From Candidatus Melainabacteria bacterium 17Bon1m (GTDB taxonomy: Bacteria; Cyanobacteriota; Vampirovibrionia; Obscuribacterales; Obscuribacteraceae): a stretch of DNA of 64,000 nucleotides. The notes beneath the pieces are model-generated. The model worked only from the letters and a program-made list of their open reading frames with translations, had not been told where the DNA came from and did no database searches. Positions within the stretch are counted from its first letter, which is position 1; every line of letters starts with the position of its first letter. The stretch is taken from assembly GCA_032128875.1 (NCBI GenBank), contig JAVLKG010000003.1, positions 824,974 to 888,973 of the forward strand, written 5' to 3'. A program made the translations under genes and the position numbers. Positions 21,236 to 31,586 of this stretch are shown here, piece by piece.

Positions 21236-22357
21236 TTATCCGCCGATCAAGTCGCTTACGTCCATACCACGCAGACTCAAAGAAATCTTGTGCTCCTTGG
21301 GGGAGAACTTCTTGATGATTGCTTTGACGTTCTGACCGACTTGAACAACTTCTTCGGGTTTGACGTTCGGTGTATCGGACATTTCTACCGTCGGCAAGAG
21401 TGCATCTACGCCAGGATAGATTTGAACGAATGCGCCGAAGCTTTGGATCTTGCGAACCGTGCCCGATACAACTTGTCCGTCTTGGAATTTGTCTTCGATC
21501 TCTTTCCACGGATCAGGCTGCATTTGCTTCAAGCTGAGAGAGATGTGGCCTTTGTCCTGGTCGACCTTGAGCACCTTGGTGGTGATAACTTGGCCGACTT
21601 TGAGAACATCCGACGGATGTGAGACGCGTTCCCACGAAATTTCCGAGATTGGCAACAAGCCGTCCAAACCACCCAAGTCGATGAATGCACCGAAGTCGGC
21701 GATACGAACCACTTCGCCAGTCACTTCTTGACCGGCTGCCAAAGTGCTCAAAATCTTTTCGCGCTGAGCAGCTTTTTCTTCTTGAACAGCCAAGCGTTGG
21801 CTCAAGATGAGCTTGTTGCGCTTGGTGTCTGTTTCCAAAATCTTCATCGGGATTTCCATGCCGATCAATTCTTCCGGCGTGGTTCCCTTTACGCGCAATT
21901 GGCTGGCCGGAACGAAACCGCGCAGACCATAAACATCTACGACTACGCCGCCTTTGACCACTGCAGAAATCTTGGCGCGAATGGTGTCGTCGTTTTTCTT
22001 CTGTTGTTCGAGCAGAACCCAACCGCGGGCTTGAGCGACTCTTTTCAATGAAAGCGTCAGCTGTCCGTTTTCGTTTTCCTCGCGAAGGATGTAGAACTCC
22101 AATTCTTCGCCGTCTTTGACTACATCTTTGATGTTGTCGACGGGTACATTGGAAATCTCCTTCAATGGCACGAAGCCTTCAGACTTGCTGCCCACATCGA
22201 CCAATACTCCGTCGCGCTCGACACGAACGACGAGACCCTTAACGATGTCGCCCTGCTCGTAGCGGCGGCTATTCATCGTTTCATCGAGAAGGCGCTCGAA
22301 TTCAGACCGAGTGTCCTGGTCGTGTTGTAACTGCTTTTCCGTCACTGAAATTGCCAC
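21236..22357 (-). CDS. rpsA: 30S ribosomal protein S1 (four S1 domains; start approximate, GTG)
   Basis: DVGSKSEGFVP, LRGFVPASQL, DFGAFIDLGGLDGLLPISEISW, SFGAFVQI. Confidence 0.93.
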   Translation of the reverse strand: MAISVTEKQLQHDQDTRSEFERLLDETMNSRRYEQGDIVKGLVVRVERDGVLVDVGSKSEGFVPLKEISNVPVDNIKDVVKDGEELEFYILREENENGQLTLSLKRVAQARGWVLLEQQKKNDDTIRAKISAVVKGGVVVDVYGLRGFVPASQLRVKGTTPEELIGMEIPMKILETDTKRNKLILSQRLAVQEEKAAQREKILSTLAAGQEVTGEVVRIADFGAFIDLGGLDGLLPISEISWERVSHPSDVLKVGQVITTKVLKVDQDKGHISLSLKQMQPDPWKEIEDKFQDGQVVSGTVRKIQSFGAFVQIYPGVDALLPTVEMSDTPNVKPEEVVQVGQNVKAIIKKFSPKEHKISLSLRGMDVSDLIGG

Positions 22358-22525
22358 TCCTTTAACCTCTTTTGATGCATCGATGCGGTCGAAACGTCGC
22401 TCCCATGCCGCGAATTGCCCAAGCACTCGCTGGTGCATCGACGCGCCGAAATATCGGCGGGTCACAAACCCAAGATCTTAATCTTGGCATGCGACCAAAA
22501 CTTCCGCCACCGGGCGGAAACGTAC

Positions 22526-22555
22526 AATATAAGACAACGTGCGCAAGGACTTCAA
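22526..22555 (-). promoter_or_regulatory. Candidate sigma70 promoter for rpsA
   Basis: Minus strand TTGAAG-18 nt-TATATT upstream of a hairpin-rich leader. Confidence 0.45.
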
Positions 22556-23036
22556 GGTTATGTATTGAGGTTTAGAGGAACCTTTAGACTTGCTTTATAG
22601 TTCGTCGCTAATCTGTATCCCTCTTATGCCGCGCAGGAGCCTGTTTCCGGGCGTTTCCTAGAAGCTTAAACGACGCCGCGGTAAAACCCTCCCTTATCCT
22701 CTATTTATCTAAATCCCTGCAACTTTTCTCAATTTTTCTATCAGAAGCACCGAATTTTTTCGAAACTCTCGGTCATTTTTCTCCACATTTGATTTCAAGT
22801 TGGACTTTTGAAATTGGAAAACGTGCCGTTAATGTATCTCTTGGCTTCTGGTTTTTGGAAGATTCCAACCTCTCTATATGCAAACGGGTCGAAAACCGAT
22901 CAAAAGTATTCGCGCTGTAGATCTGTCGGATAGCCTGATTTTGTGAGCTTTTTCATAGTTGCGCGCTAACCTTAAACACGACATATAATTTTCTCGTTCC
23001 GTTGTTCATCAAGGTTTTGACAGGCGAGGCAAGCAA

Positions 23037-23543
23037 ATGAAGCCAGCAAGTTTTTATCGTAAGTCGGTAATGGGCGCCGCAAGCACCCTTGCCATATCTC
23101 TCGTTTTTGGTATCGGTGCTGGTGCACAGACAGCAGTCGCACCGTCCGAAACACCCGAGTTGGCTGCATCCAGCCATGCTCTCGAGCTAGCCAAGACAAA
23201 GCTCGACCAATGCCGCAAGCAGCTGGAAGCATCACGGGCGCTGCTGCGTGCTGCTGAAGCAGAGTACAAAGCTGCCGTGGCAAGCAAGGCTGCTCTCAGT
23301 TTGAGAACGCATGCCAAGCAGCTCGCTGATTTGTCCGGTTTGCCGGCGCATATCTCTGATTCGGCGCCGGTAGTGGTGCCTGTTGATTTGCAGAGCCTTC
23401 CTGCTTTGGGCATCGGGACACAAGTTAAGGCCGGTCAGCCTCAACAATCGGTAGATCTCGCTCCCACACGCATCAATAATGTGGATTTCAATGCTGAGCC
23501 GGCACCGGCTCCTGGCGCGCAAAATCCACCGGTTCAACAGTAA
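23037..23543 (+). CDS. Exported hypothetical protein with coiled coil
   Basis: Signal peptide, RBS GAGG, helical heptad segment. Confidence 0.7.
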   Translation: MKPASFYRKSVMGAASTLAISLVFGIGAGAQTAVAPSETPELAASSHALELAKTKLDQCRKQLEASRALLRAAEAEYKAAVASKAALSLRTHAKQLADLSGLPAHISDSAPVVVPVDLQSLPALGIGTQVKAGQPQQSVDLAPTRINNVDFNAEPAPAPGAQNPPVQQ

Positions 23544-23580
23544 ACCGAAAGGTTTGAGTCGTCAGGCAAAAGAAAATCGT

Positions 23581-24318
23581 TTAGCGGTCGCCCTGGCGGC
23601 CGCTTTTCTTTAGGGCTGAGACGCCTATCTTCTCTACGGCAGCCTTGGCTGCCATCTGCTCGGCGGCCTTTTTCGTGCTTCCAGAGCCGGACGCCAGCGT
23701 GTTTCCCTCTATAGCAACCGAAACTGAAAACGTCGGTTCATGGGGAGGTCCGTCAATTTTGTCTACCGTGTAGACCGGCACGCCCTGGCCGCCGCCCTGG
23801 CTGTACTCCTGCAATTGCGCCTTGTAATTGTCTTTTGCTTCGTCTTTATCAACGTCTGTTGCGCGGCTTCCGAAGAGCCTCAAGACTAGATTTTGTACTT
23901 CGAATAATCCAAGATCGTTGTATACGGCGCCAAAAATCGCTTCCATCGAACGCGCCATAATCGAGGGGCGCATCTGGACTTGTCTTCCTAGCAAAATGTA
24001 CTTGCTCAGTCCAAAGTCTTGCGCAATTTCTGCCAGTGTTTTGTCCGAAACCAACACTGAGCGAATAGAGGTGAGCTGCCCTTCATCGTAGTCGGGAAAG
24101 CGCTCTAGCAAATATTCGCTTACGACAAAGCGCAAAACCGAGTCGCCAAAGAATTCCAAGCGCTCGTAATCACGAGCTCCCGGGGTTTCGGCCGCAAAGG
24201 ATGAGTGCGTTAGTGCCTCGTTAAGAACCGCCAGGCGACCGAACAGGACGCCCAGCTTCTGGCAGAGCTGCTCTAATTCTTTGACACGTTTTGGGGACAG
24301 TGAATAGCTATCTATCAT
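23581..24318 (-). CDS. rnc: Ribonuclease III
   Basis: ALTHSS, signature YERLEFFGDSVL, dsRBD (KAQLQEY...GPPHEPTF...KKAAEQMAA). Confidence 0.96.
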   Translation of the reverse strand: MIDSYSLSPKRVKELEQLCQKLGVLFGRLAVLNEALTHSSFAAETPGARDYERLEFFGDSVLRFVVSEYLLERFPDYDEGQLTSIRSVLVSDKTLAEIAQDFGLSKYILLGRQVQMRPSIMARSMEAIFGAVYNDLGLFEVQNLVLRLFGSRATDVDKDEAKDNYKAQLQEYSQGGGQGVPVYTVDKIDGPPHEPTFSVSVAIEGNTLASGSGSTKKAAEQMAAKAAVEKIGVSALKKSGRQGDR

Positions 24319-24600
24319 TGCTTTTACTTCAGGGATTCCAAAAAGAACTATTTGATCTAACCAATATTTTTACTTACAAGCACCCTCGTCTTGAATACTT
24401 GAGAGATAGAAGAACTATTTTTGTTAACCATTGTTGCATGCGTAGTCCGATTATGCCCATGCCTGCTGGGTTTGAATGCCGCGGCGAAGACAAAAAACGG
24501 AGATAGTCAAGTATTTCTGTCGCTGAAGACCGGGCTCCAGTCATAAAGGTCGGTTCGTTTTTCTTCTTGAAATTTTTGCCAGCTTTCAAAAAAAAGATTG

Positions 24601-24642
24601 AATCGTTATCGATTGAGTTCTTATAGCGAATCGTTATCGATT
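24601..24642. repeat. Two tandem copies of AATCGTTATCGATT (24601-24614, 24629-24642)
   Basis: Exact 14-bp repeats with starts 28 bp apart in the rnc/nuoA divergent region. Confidence 0.75.
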
Positions 24643-24893
24643 GGGTTTTTTGAAGTGATGAGTGCCGCTTGGCTTCGCGGAAGCTGAGCGGTAGTAATCA
24701 AGTATTGAGCAAAATTCAAGGTAGGTCTAAAACCGCTACACGTGCCTAATTTGTGTTCTCTAAAGCTAATTTCAACTCGCTTCTTACGTGCCTATAATCT
24801 AGTTACAGTGCGGCGTTATGTCAGGCCTGATATGCTTTACGGGGCGGTGAAAATGACCGCCGATTGCCAGAAATATTCGGCTCGGGGATAGCG

Positions 24894-25286
24894 ATGTATC
24901 AACTTCAGTTGGCGCAGATTGCCTTGTTTGTTCTGATGGGCTTTGCCCTTCCGGCGCTTGGAATGATCTTGCTTGCTTGGATCTTGCAGCTCATGTTCGG
25001 TTATCACAGACCGTCGAAGACCAAGATTCAGCCTTACGAATGCGGCATGAAGCCTCTGCAAGAAGCTCATGTGCAGTTTGATATTCGCTACTACCTGTAT
25101 GCGCTTCTCTTTATTCTTTTCGATATCGAAATCGTATTCATCATTCCCTGGGCTCTGGCAACCGACCAGGTCGGCAAAGCACTCAATTTCAAGATGTTTG
25201 GACCTATCGAAGTAACGATATTCCTTTCCATTCTGGTAGTTGGACTTGCATACGCCTGGAAAAAGGGCGCTCTTGAGTGGGAGTAA
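24894..25286 (+). CDS. nuoA: NADH-quinone oxidoreductase subunit A (NdhC)
   Basis: PYECGM, FDIRYYLYALLFILFDIE, KKGALEWE. Confidence 0.96.
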   Translation: MYQLQLAQIALFVLMGFALPALGMILLAWILQLMFGYHRPSKTKIQPYECGMKPLQEAHVQFDIRYYLYALLFILFDIEIVFIIPWALATDQVGKALNFKMFGPIEVTIFLSILVVGLAYAWKKGALEWE

Positions 25287-25292
25287 TGATCG

Positions 25293-25982
25293 ATGGCAGA
25301 TAGTGACGTCCAGGGCATGAACGAAGTCCCTGATGAATTGAAAGACACAGTCACGCTGACAACGCTTGAAAAAATGATTGAAGCGATGGGTGATTTATTG
25401 TCGCCTGTAGTCAGCCCTATTGCCAATGCGGCTCGCTCGAATTCAGTTTGGCCTTTGACATTCGGCACTTCGTGTTGCGCTATCGAGATGATGTCAGTCG
25501 GGATGTCGAAATTCGATATCTCTAGATTCGGCTCTGAAGTTTTTCGCGCTACTCCGAGACAGGCGGACATGATCATTACCGCCGGTACAATTACTCGCAA
25601 AATGGCGCCGGCTTTGATCACTCTTTATGAACAAATGCCTGAGCCTAAGTACGTAATTGCCATGGGCGCATGCACCGTGACTGGCGGCATGTTCAACGAT
25701 TCTTATTCTGTAGTGCAAGGTGTTGACCGCGTTATTCCGGTCGACATTTATTTGCCTGGCTGCCCTCCTCGTCCGGAAGGCATTCTTGATGCACTTCTCA
25801 AGCTGCAACAAAAAATTCGTACTGAGTCTTACGCCGAGCGCAAGAAAAAACGGTACAGACAAAATGCGGTACGCCAAGTCGATTACGATACCGGACGTCC
25901 GCTTGAAGACTTGATCGATGAAGCTAGATTCGAAACCGCTCTAGCGCTTGATCCGCTCAAGAGTCTTCAAGAAAAGGCGTAA
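25293..25982 (+). CDS. nuoB: NADH-quinone oxidoreductase subunit B (NdhK)
   Basis: [27 protein letters not shown]. Confidence 0.97.
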   Translation: MADSDVQGMNEVPDELKDTVTLTTLEKMIEAMGDLLSPVVSPIANAARSNSVWPLTFGTSCCAIEMMSVGMSKFDISRFGSEVFRATPRQADMIITAGTITRKMAPALITLYEQMPEPKYVIAMGACTVTGGMFNDSYSVVQGVDRVIPVDIYLPGCPPRPEGILDALLKLQQKIRTESYAERKKKRYRQNAVRQVDYDTGRPLEDLIDEARFETALALDPLKSLQEKA

Positions 25983-26016
25983 TTGCAAACCACAGCAGAT
26001 AACAAGGGACTTCGAA

Positions 26017-26553
26017 ATGTCAGAGACACCAGCCGCAAAACCGCCCGAGGAGCCTAAAGGCCCGGGACTCTGTGGGCAGTTTTTGAAAGATCACGGAATT
26101 GCTACAAACCGCTTGGCTGATTCATGCGGTGTGGAGACCATCGAAATTGACGGCGCTCATCTGGAAGCCGCGATGAAGCTGCTGCGCGGATCTTCCGAGA
26201 TTAAGCTCGACTATCTCGTAGCCGTTAGTGGTGTCGACAGTGCTGACACTTTTGATTCGGTTTATCAACTTTGGTCATATACCAATAACAATGAGTTGAT
26301 TATCAAAGTCAGAGTCAAGAAGACAGATGTGGTGGAAGGGCAATTGCCGCTGGTTCCTTCCCTTTCGCGCTTCTGGAGCGCAGCCAACTGGCACGAACGC
26401 GAAACTTACGATCTTGTTGGAATTCGTTATTACGGCCATCCATATTTAAGACGCATTCTCAACGTTTGGGATTGGGACGGTCATCCATTGCGCCGCGATT
26501 ACAAGCAGCTGGTTGATTCGCTCAATGACAAGGCTCCCGGCAGTTTCCGCTGA
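26017..26553 (+). CDS. nuoC: NADH-quinone oxidoreductase subunit C (NdhJ)
   Basis: AANWHERETYDLVGI, GHP.LRRIL, GHPLRRDY. Confidence 0.95.
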   Translation: MSETPAAKPPEEPKGPGLCGQFLKDHGIATNRLADSCGVETIEIDGAHLEAAMKLLRGSSEIKLDYLVAVSGVDSADTFDSVYQLWSYTNNNELIIKVRVKKTDVVEGQLPLVPSLSRFWSAANWHERETYDLVGIRYYGHPYLRRILNVWDWDGHPLRRDYKQLVDSLNDKAPGSFR

Positions 26554-26584
26554 GCGCCGATTTACTTATTAGAGGCAAGGACCA

Positions 26585-27724
26585 ATGGCAACGGACACAG
26601 AAGTCGATCTGACACCCAGGCTAAAAACAGACGAGATGCTCATCAACATGGGCCCTCAGCACCCGGCAACACACGGTGTGCTGCGTTTGATTCTTACCCT
26701 GGACGGCGAAATCGTTCGTCATACCGAGCCCATCCTTGGTCACCTTCACAGAGCTCAAGAATGGCAGGGACAGAATCGCACCTGGTTCCAATACCAAGCC
26801 TTAATCGACCGAGTCGACTATCTTTCCGGCATGTTTACTTCCTGGGCAATGGCTCGCGCGGCTGAAGTCGTAGATGGTTGCGAAGTTCCCGAACGCGCTG
26901 AATACCTGCGCGTAATGGTTTCAGAAATGAACCGCATCACTTCGCACTTACTCTGGTTAGGCACTTATTTGATCGACTTGGGCGCGATGTTTGGTTTTCC
27001 TTTCTATCCTTTCCGTGAAAGAGAGAAGCTGCTCGAACTCTTTGAAGAAATTGCCGGTCAACGCATGATGTTCAACTACATCAGAATTGGCGGCGTCATG
27101 CGCAATCCGAAGGATGCCTGGCTTTCCAAGCTGAAGAAGTTCACAGAAGAGTTTCCTGATCGTGTTGATGAATACGAGGCCATCGTTACTGAGAACCCGA
27201 TCTTCTTGAAACGTACAAAAGGCATCGGCATTCTCAGAAAAGAGCTGGGCATGGATTACGGAATTACCGGTCCATCTATTCGCGCCTCGGGCGTTGATAT
27301 CGACTTGCGCCGCACCAAACCTTATTCGGTTTATCCGAAACTTAAATTCGATGTTCCGGTCAACGACCGCGACGGCGATACATTCGACAGATACATTTTC
27401 CGCATTCGCGAAATGAGACAGTCCAACGAGATCATCAAACAGTGTCTCGATATGTTGCCGCAAGGCGAAATTTCCGGCAAGAAACAAATCGCCGGTTTGC
27501 GCGTAAAAGCCGGTGAAGGTTTTGCTGCTGTCGAATCACCGCGCGGAACTCTCGGTTGCTACATCATCTCGAATGGCTCCGATAGAGCTTACAGAATCAA
27601 GTGGCGCAATCCGTCGTTCTGCAACCTTTCGATTTTGCCAGAACTTCTGAAGAACCACCCAATTGCCGACGTAATGGCAATTTTCGGTTCAATCGACGTA
27701 ATTCTGCCCGACGTAGACCGCTAA
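26585..27724 (+). CDS. nuoD: NADH-quinone oxidoreductase subunit D (NdhH)
   Basis: NMGPQHPATHGVLRL, ESPRG, DVILPDVDR. Confidence 0.97.
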   Translation: MATDTEVDLTPRLKTDEMLINMGPQHPATHGVLRLILTLDGEIVRHTEPILGHLHRAQEWQGQNRTWFQYQALIDRVDYLSGMFTSWAMARAAEVVDGCEVPERAEYLRVMVSEMNRITSHLLWLGTYLIDLGAMFGFPFYPFREREKLLELFEEIAGQRMMFNYIRIGGVMRNPKDAWLSKLKKFTEEFPDRVDEYEAIVTENPIFLKRTKGIGILRKELGMDYGITGPSIRASGVDIDLRRTKPYSVYPKLKFDVPVNDRDGDTFDRYIFRIREMRQSNEIIKQCLDMLPQGEISGKKQIAGLRVKAGEGFAAVESPRGTLGCYIISNGSDRAYRIKWRNPSFCNLSILPELLKNHPIADVMAIFGSIDVILPDVDR

Positions 27725-27824
27725 AAATCATATTGGACCGGTGAGAAACTCCCTGGTATCGCTAGTAAAGAATGCTCTCTGTTAGAAAACCCATCTCCTT
27801 AGAACAAGGACAGCTTTTAGAATC

Positions 27825-29279
27825 ATGAGAAACGGCGCCGAAATTTTGAAACTTGGAACGCTCACCTTCACCTGGTGGTGCATCATATTCGGTGCGGTCT
27901 GGATTGCCTGCTACGTGGTTGGTGTGGCAATTCCAATGCTGCTCTCGTCTTATGAAAGTGATGCTGCAAGAATCACAGCCGAAACATGCAGAGCACTGAC
28001 ACCAATTCTTTCGGTGCTGGTTTTTATTCCGATTAACGCGATGTTCATGGTGCTTTTCGAAAGAAGAGGACTGGCAATTTTCACAGTTCGTCTGGGACCA
28101 AACAGAGTCGGTCCTGATGGCTATCTACAAACAGCCGCAGACGCCGTCAAACTTCTTTTCAAAGAAGACATCACTCCTCACGGAGCGGATGCTTTCATGT
28201 TCACATTGGCTCCAATCGTGTTTTTTGCTCCATCAATTTTTGGAGCGATGCCGCTTCTGGCTGCTGTCACCAATTATCACGAGCTCTTCCAGATCGTTAA
28301 TTTGCCCACCGGGATTTTCTTCATCCTGGCTGCGTCATCGGTTCCGGTTGTTGGAATTGTGATGGGCGGTTGGGCCAGCAACAATAAATACTCGCTTGTG
28401 GGTGGATTGCGCTCTGCCGCTCAAGCAATCAGTTATGAAATTCCGCTTGTACTCTCGCTTGTGACCGTATGCTTGCTGGCAGGCAGCTTAGATGTTGTCG
28501 AAATCATGAAGCAACAAGCTGGAGGAATTCTCAACTGGAACATCCTGGGTGGCGGTGCTCTTCGTGGTCTTGATTCCGCTCTGGCACTGAAATTCTCCAA
28601 TGCTGCGCCAGCGCTGCAAGAACTCTCTGCTAAATCTTTTGACCAAGTTCTCAAAACTGCCTACAGCGATCCAGCTGCTGCTGCCCTCGGTCTTGCGGCC
28701 GGTCAGGATTCGATGGCTACAATCGCTTCAGTTATTGCTGTTGTAGTTCTTATGGCTTGCGTTTTAATCGCTGCCGGTCTTTATATGACTGGCGCCTGCG
28801 CTGAAATCAACCGCATTCCTTTCGATTTGCCGGAAGCCGAATCTGAACTTGTAAGTGGATATAACACCGAGTACAGCGGCATCAAATTCGCTATCTTCTT
28901 CTTGGCTGAATTCACTAACTTGTTCGTGGTCGCTTCGATTTTTGTCGTGATGTTCCTGGGCGGGGGTGACTGCCCTGTGCCTGCTTGGCTCGGTAATATG
29001 CTGGGCGGACCGCAAATGGCGAGCGCTATCAATCAGTTACTCTCTCCACTCATTGCTATCAAATTTGTAGATCCACCTACTTTATTTGCAGCAATCTGGG
29101 TAATCCTCAAGGTTTACGGCATCGTATTTTTCGCAGTCCTTGTTCGTGGCACCTTGCCTCGTTTCCGCATCGACCAGCTTATGGATTTTGGCTGGAAGCG
29201 TTTGATTCCGTTGTCTCTCATCGTTTTCGTGTTGGTTGTCTTTGCAAGGGAGTTCGTAAACGTTCATGTTGGGTCTTAG
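27825..29279 (+). CDS. nuoH: NADH-quinone oxidoreductase subunit H (NdhA) with insertions
   Basis: RLGPNRVGP.G.LQ..ADAVKL..KE, LRSAAQAISYEIP, NRIPFDLPEAESELV.GY.TEYSG, PRFRIDQ. Confidence 0.95.
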   Translation: MRNGAEILKLGTLTFTWWCIIFGAVWIACYVVGVAIPMLLSSYESDAARITAETCRALTPILSVLVFIPINAMFMVLFERRGLAIFTVRLGPNRVGPDGYLQTAADAVKLLFKEDITPHGADAFMFTLAPIVFFAPSIFGAMPLLAAVTNYHELFQIVNLPTGIFFILAASSVPVVGIVMGGWASNNKYSLVGGLRSAAQAISYEIPLVLSLVTVCLLAGSLDVVEIMKQQAGGILNWNILGGGALRGLDSALALKFSNAAPALQELSAKSFDQVLKTAYSDPAAAALGLAAGQDSMATIASVIAVVVLMACVLIAAGLYMTGACAEINRIPFDLPEAESELVSGYNTEYSGIKFAIFFLAEFTNLFVVASIFVVMFLGGGDCPVPAWLGNMLGGPQMASAINQLLSPLIAIKFVDPPTLFAAIWVILKVYGIVFFAVLVRGTLPRFRIDQLMDFGWKRLIPLSLIVFVLVVFAREFVNVHVGS

Positions 29280-30141
29280 TTTAGTTACACGCGCCAAAGA
29301 CAGCTTCTATCAAATCTATCGCGGTTTGAAAACAGTAGCTATGCACACGTTTCGTGAGCCGATCACGCAAGTCTATCCGGACCAGATGCCGGATACGCAT
29401 ATAAGAGGAAGATTGGCGCTTGCTGTCAATCCTGAATCCGGCGAGCACCTCTGTATCTCTTGTCGCCAGTGCGAGAGAGTTTGTCCTGATAAGTGCATTG
29501 AAATCACTGCACACAAGAGTCCGGAAACAAGCAAATTGGAATTGATCGATTTCAAAATTGATCACGGGCTTTGCATGTTCTGTGGTTTGTGCACCGAGGT
29601 CTGCCCAACCAGTTGCATTATCAATACCAATGATTTTGAAATGTCCGAGTACAGCCGCGAGGCTCTTGTGTACGATTTGCGCAAGCTGACTTTGAGTCAA
29701 GAAGAGTCGGGATACTATTTCGACCGTAAAGAAATTCCGCTGCCGAAGCCTAAACCGGCCAAAGCCGCCCCAGCCGCCGGCGCCGCTGCCGGTGCTGCAA
29801 AACCAGCTGCCGCTGCTGGAGCTGCCGCAGCCGGAGCTGCCGCCGCCGCGAAACCAGCCGCACCGGCTTCTGCAGCAAAACCTGCTGAAGGCGGTGAAGC
29901 AAAACCAGTAGAAGCTGCAAAACCAGCGGATGCTGCAAAACCGGCTGATGCTGCAAAACCGGCAGAAGCTGCAAAACCGGCAGAAGCAAAAGCTGATGCA
30001 GAAACTAAACCTGCTGCAGAAACTAAGCCGGCAGAAGCTAAGGAAGAAAAGAAATCTGACGCCGCAGAGAGCAAAGACAAACCTGCGGAAGAAAAGAAAG
30101 AAGCAGAGAAGAAGGAAGGCGAAGACAAGCCGAAAGAATAA
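29266..30141 (+). CDS. nuoI: NADH-quinone oxidoreductase subunit I (NdhI) with Ala/Lys/Glu-rich tail
   Basis: Two 4Fe-4S motifs CISCRQCERVCP and CMFCGLCTEVCP. Confidence 0.95.
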   Translation: MLGLSLVTRAKDSFYQIYRGLKTVAMHTFREPITQVYPDQMPDTHIRGRLALAVNPESGEHLCISCRQCERVCPDKCIEITAHKSPETSKLELIDFKIDHGLCMFCGLCTEVCPTSCIINTNDFEMSEYSREALVYDLRKLTLSQEESGYYFDRKEIPLPKPKPAKAAPAAGAAAGAAKPAAAAGAAAAGAAAAAKPAAPASAAKPAEGGEAKPVEAAKPADAAKPADAAKPAEAAKPAEAKADAETKPAAETKPAEAKEEKKSDAAESKDKPAEEKKEAEKKEGEDKPKE

Positions 30142-30181
30142 TCGGCTGCACAATTGTTTTGAGGAGTGAGGACAGGGAATT

Positions 30182-30796
30182 ATGGAACAGTTTGAGATGC
30201 TCAAAGCGCTGGCTGAGACCAATGTAGAGAGCTTTATGTTCTACATTCTGGCTACTATCTCCATCCTTCTTGCGTATGGGGTCATTCTGGATAGAACAAT
30301 TATCCGTAGCGGTTTTATTTTGATCGGTGTGTTCGGTTCTATTTGCGGTTTGTTCTTACTCTTGCAAGCGCAGTTCCTCGCACTTGCACAGCTGATGATT
30401 TATGCAGTCGGCATTACCCTTGTAATCGTAATTGCGCTGATGTTGACCAATCCGCGCATGGAAAAGTCTCAGCTGAGCACCGCAGCTCCCGCCAATCAGC
30501 TTGGCGCGTTTATGGTGGCAGTTGGTCTATTCATGACTATCTACCTTTCTGTAAGACCTGAAAATTGGACGCTCAGCAGTGAACCACTTGATATGAATAA
30601 TGTTCAAGTCTTAGGTCGTGCGTTGACGACTGATTACTCGCTGCCTTTTGAATTTGCATCTGTTTTGCTGTTGGCTGCACTGATTGGAGCTGTGATGCTG
30701 GCGAAAGCTGAGAAACCGCCGAAACCAGGCGAAGAAGATTTTGAATACTCGGTGGTAGAAGATTCTGCCGCAGAGCCCGTCGCGTCAAAGAGGTAA
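30182..30796 (+). CDS. nuoJ: NADH-quinone oxidoreductase subunit J (NdhG)
   Basis: [33 protein letters not shown]. Confidence 0.94.
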   Translation: MEQFEMLKALAETNVESFMFYILATISILLAYGVILDRTIIRSGFILIGVFGSICGLFLLLQAQFLALAQLMIYAVGITLVIVIALMLTNPRMEKSQLSTAAPANQLGAFMVAVGLFMTIYLSVRPENWTLSSEPLDMNNVQVLGRALTTDYSLPFEFASVLLLAALIGAVMLAKAEKPPKPGEEDFEYSVVEDSAAEPVASKR

Positions 30797-30801
30797 TAAG
30801 G

Positions 30802-31410
30802 ATGACTAGCTCAGTGGCAACCAAGTCCCAATCTCCAGTTCAAGCAATGTCTTACGCATTGGCTTATGCGATCGCGGTGTGTTTCGTTGTTGGAGCCTAT
30901 GCGACTGGGAATCTCGACAATTTCGTAAGTATGACCGGACTCAGTTCTGTACTTGAGTCCTGGGCGCTAAAGGATTACACAGAACTTCTCGCCTTTGTTC
31001 TTATCGTGCTTCTTGGCTCAACGGTTGCGCTATTGGGCGGACAGACATCCATCATTATGGCTGTAGGAACGGTGGGTAGTTTCTTTGCACTAACTCTCAA
31101 CCAGCATCCTTTGATTCAGTACTTGAGCCTCGCAGCAGTTCTTTTCGCTATTGGGCTTTACGGCATGGTTGTTTCGCGCAATGCCGTAAGGGTGCTAATG
31201 GCAATTGAGTTGATGCTGAACGCGGTCAACATCAATTTGGTTGCCTTTGCTCGTTATGTTGATCCGGTTCAAGTAAAAGGACAATTGTTCGCCATCTTCG
31301 TAATTACAGTTGCAGCCGCTGAAGCTGCAGTTGGACTAGCAATCGTTCTTTCCATCTACAGAAATACATCTACCGTTGATATGGAAAGATTCAACCTTCT
31401 CAAGTGGTAA
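30802..31410 (+). CDS. nuoK: NADH-quinone oxidoreductase subunit K (NdhE) with N-terminal membrane extension
   Basis: [38 protein letters not shown]. Confidence 0.93.
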   Translation: MTSSVATKSQSPVQAMSYALAYAIAVCFVVGAYATGNLDNFVSMTGLSSVLESWALKDYTELLAFVLIVLLGSTVALLGGQTSIIMAVGTVGSFFALTLNQHPLIQYLSLAAVLFAIGLYGMVVSRNAVRVLMAIELMLNAVNINLVAFARYVDPVQVKGQLFAIFVITVAAAEAAVGLAIVLSIYRNTSTVDMERFNLLKW

Positions 31411-31438
31411 TTCTAAATTTCACCGTATAGTTTCGTTG

Positions 31439-31465
31439 AACCGAATCGTTATCGATTCGGTTTTT
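31439..31465 (+). terminator. Intrinsic terminator of the nuo operon built on the AATCGTTATCGATT motif
   Basis: AACCGAATCG-TTAT-CGATTCGGTT followed by TTT. Confidence 0.7.
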
Positions 31466-31586
31466 CGCTATTTGTCCTGAATTTTGCGGGCTTTCAAAAG
31501 GACGCGAAAATTTTTTCGCGTTCCGTTGAACTTTTTGGTCGCAGTTTACGTACCTGTTTATATGCGTGCGTAGCGAGGTGGGCGAA

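Noticed and set aside
22358-22465. N-terminal extension of rpsA in the ORF track
   Set aside because: Not S1-like; a good RBS precedes GTG at ~22357/22345 and the region looks like a structured leader
29281-30222. 313-aa minus-strand ORF and similar antisense ORFs (e.g. 1472-2314, 55169-56002, 50190-50912)
   Set aside because: Shadow frames of well-supported genes; low-complexity translations with no motifs
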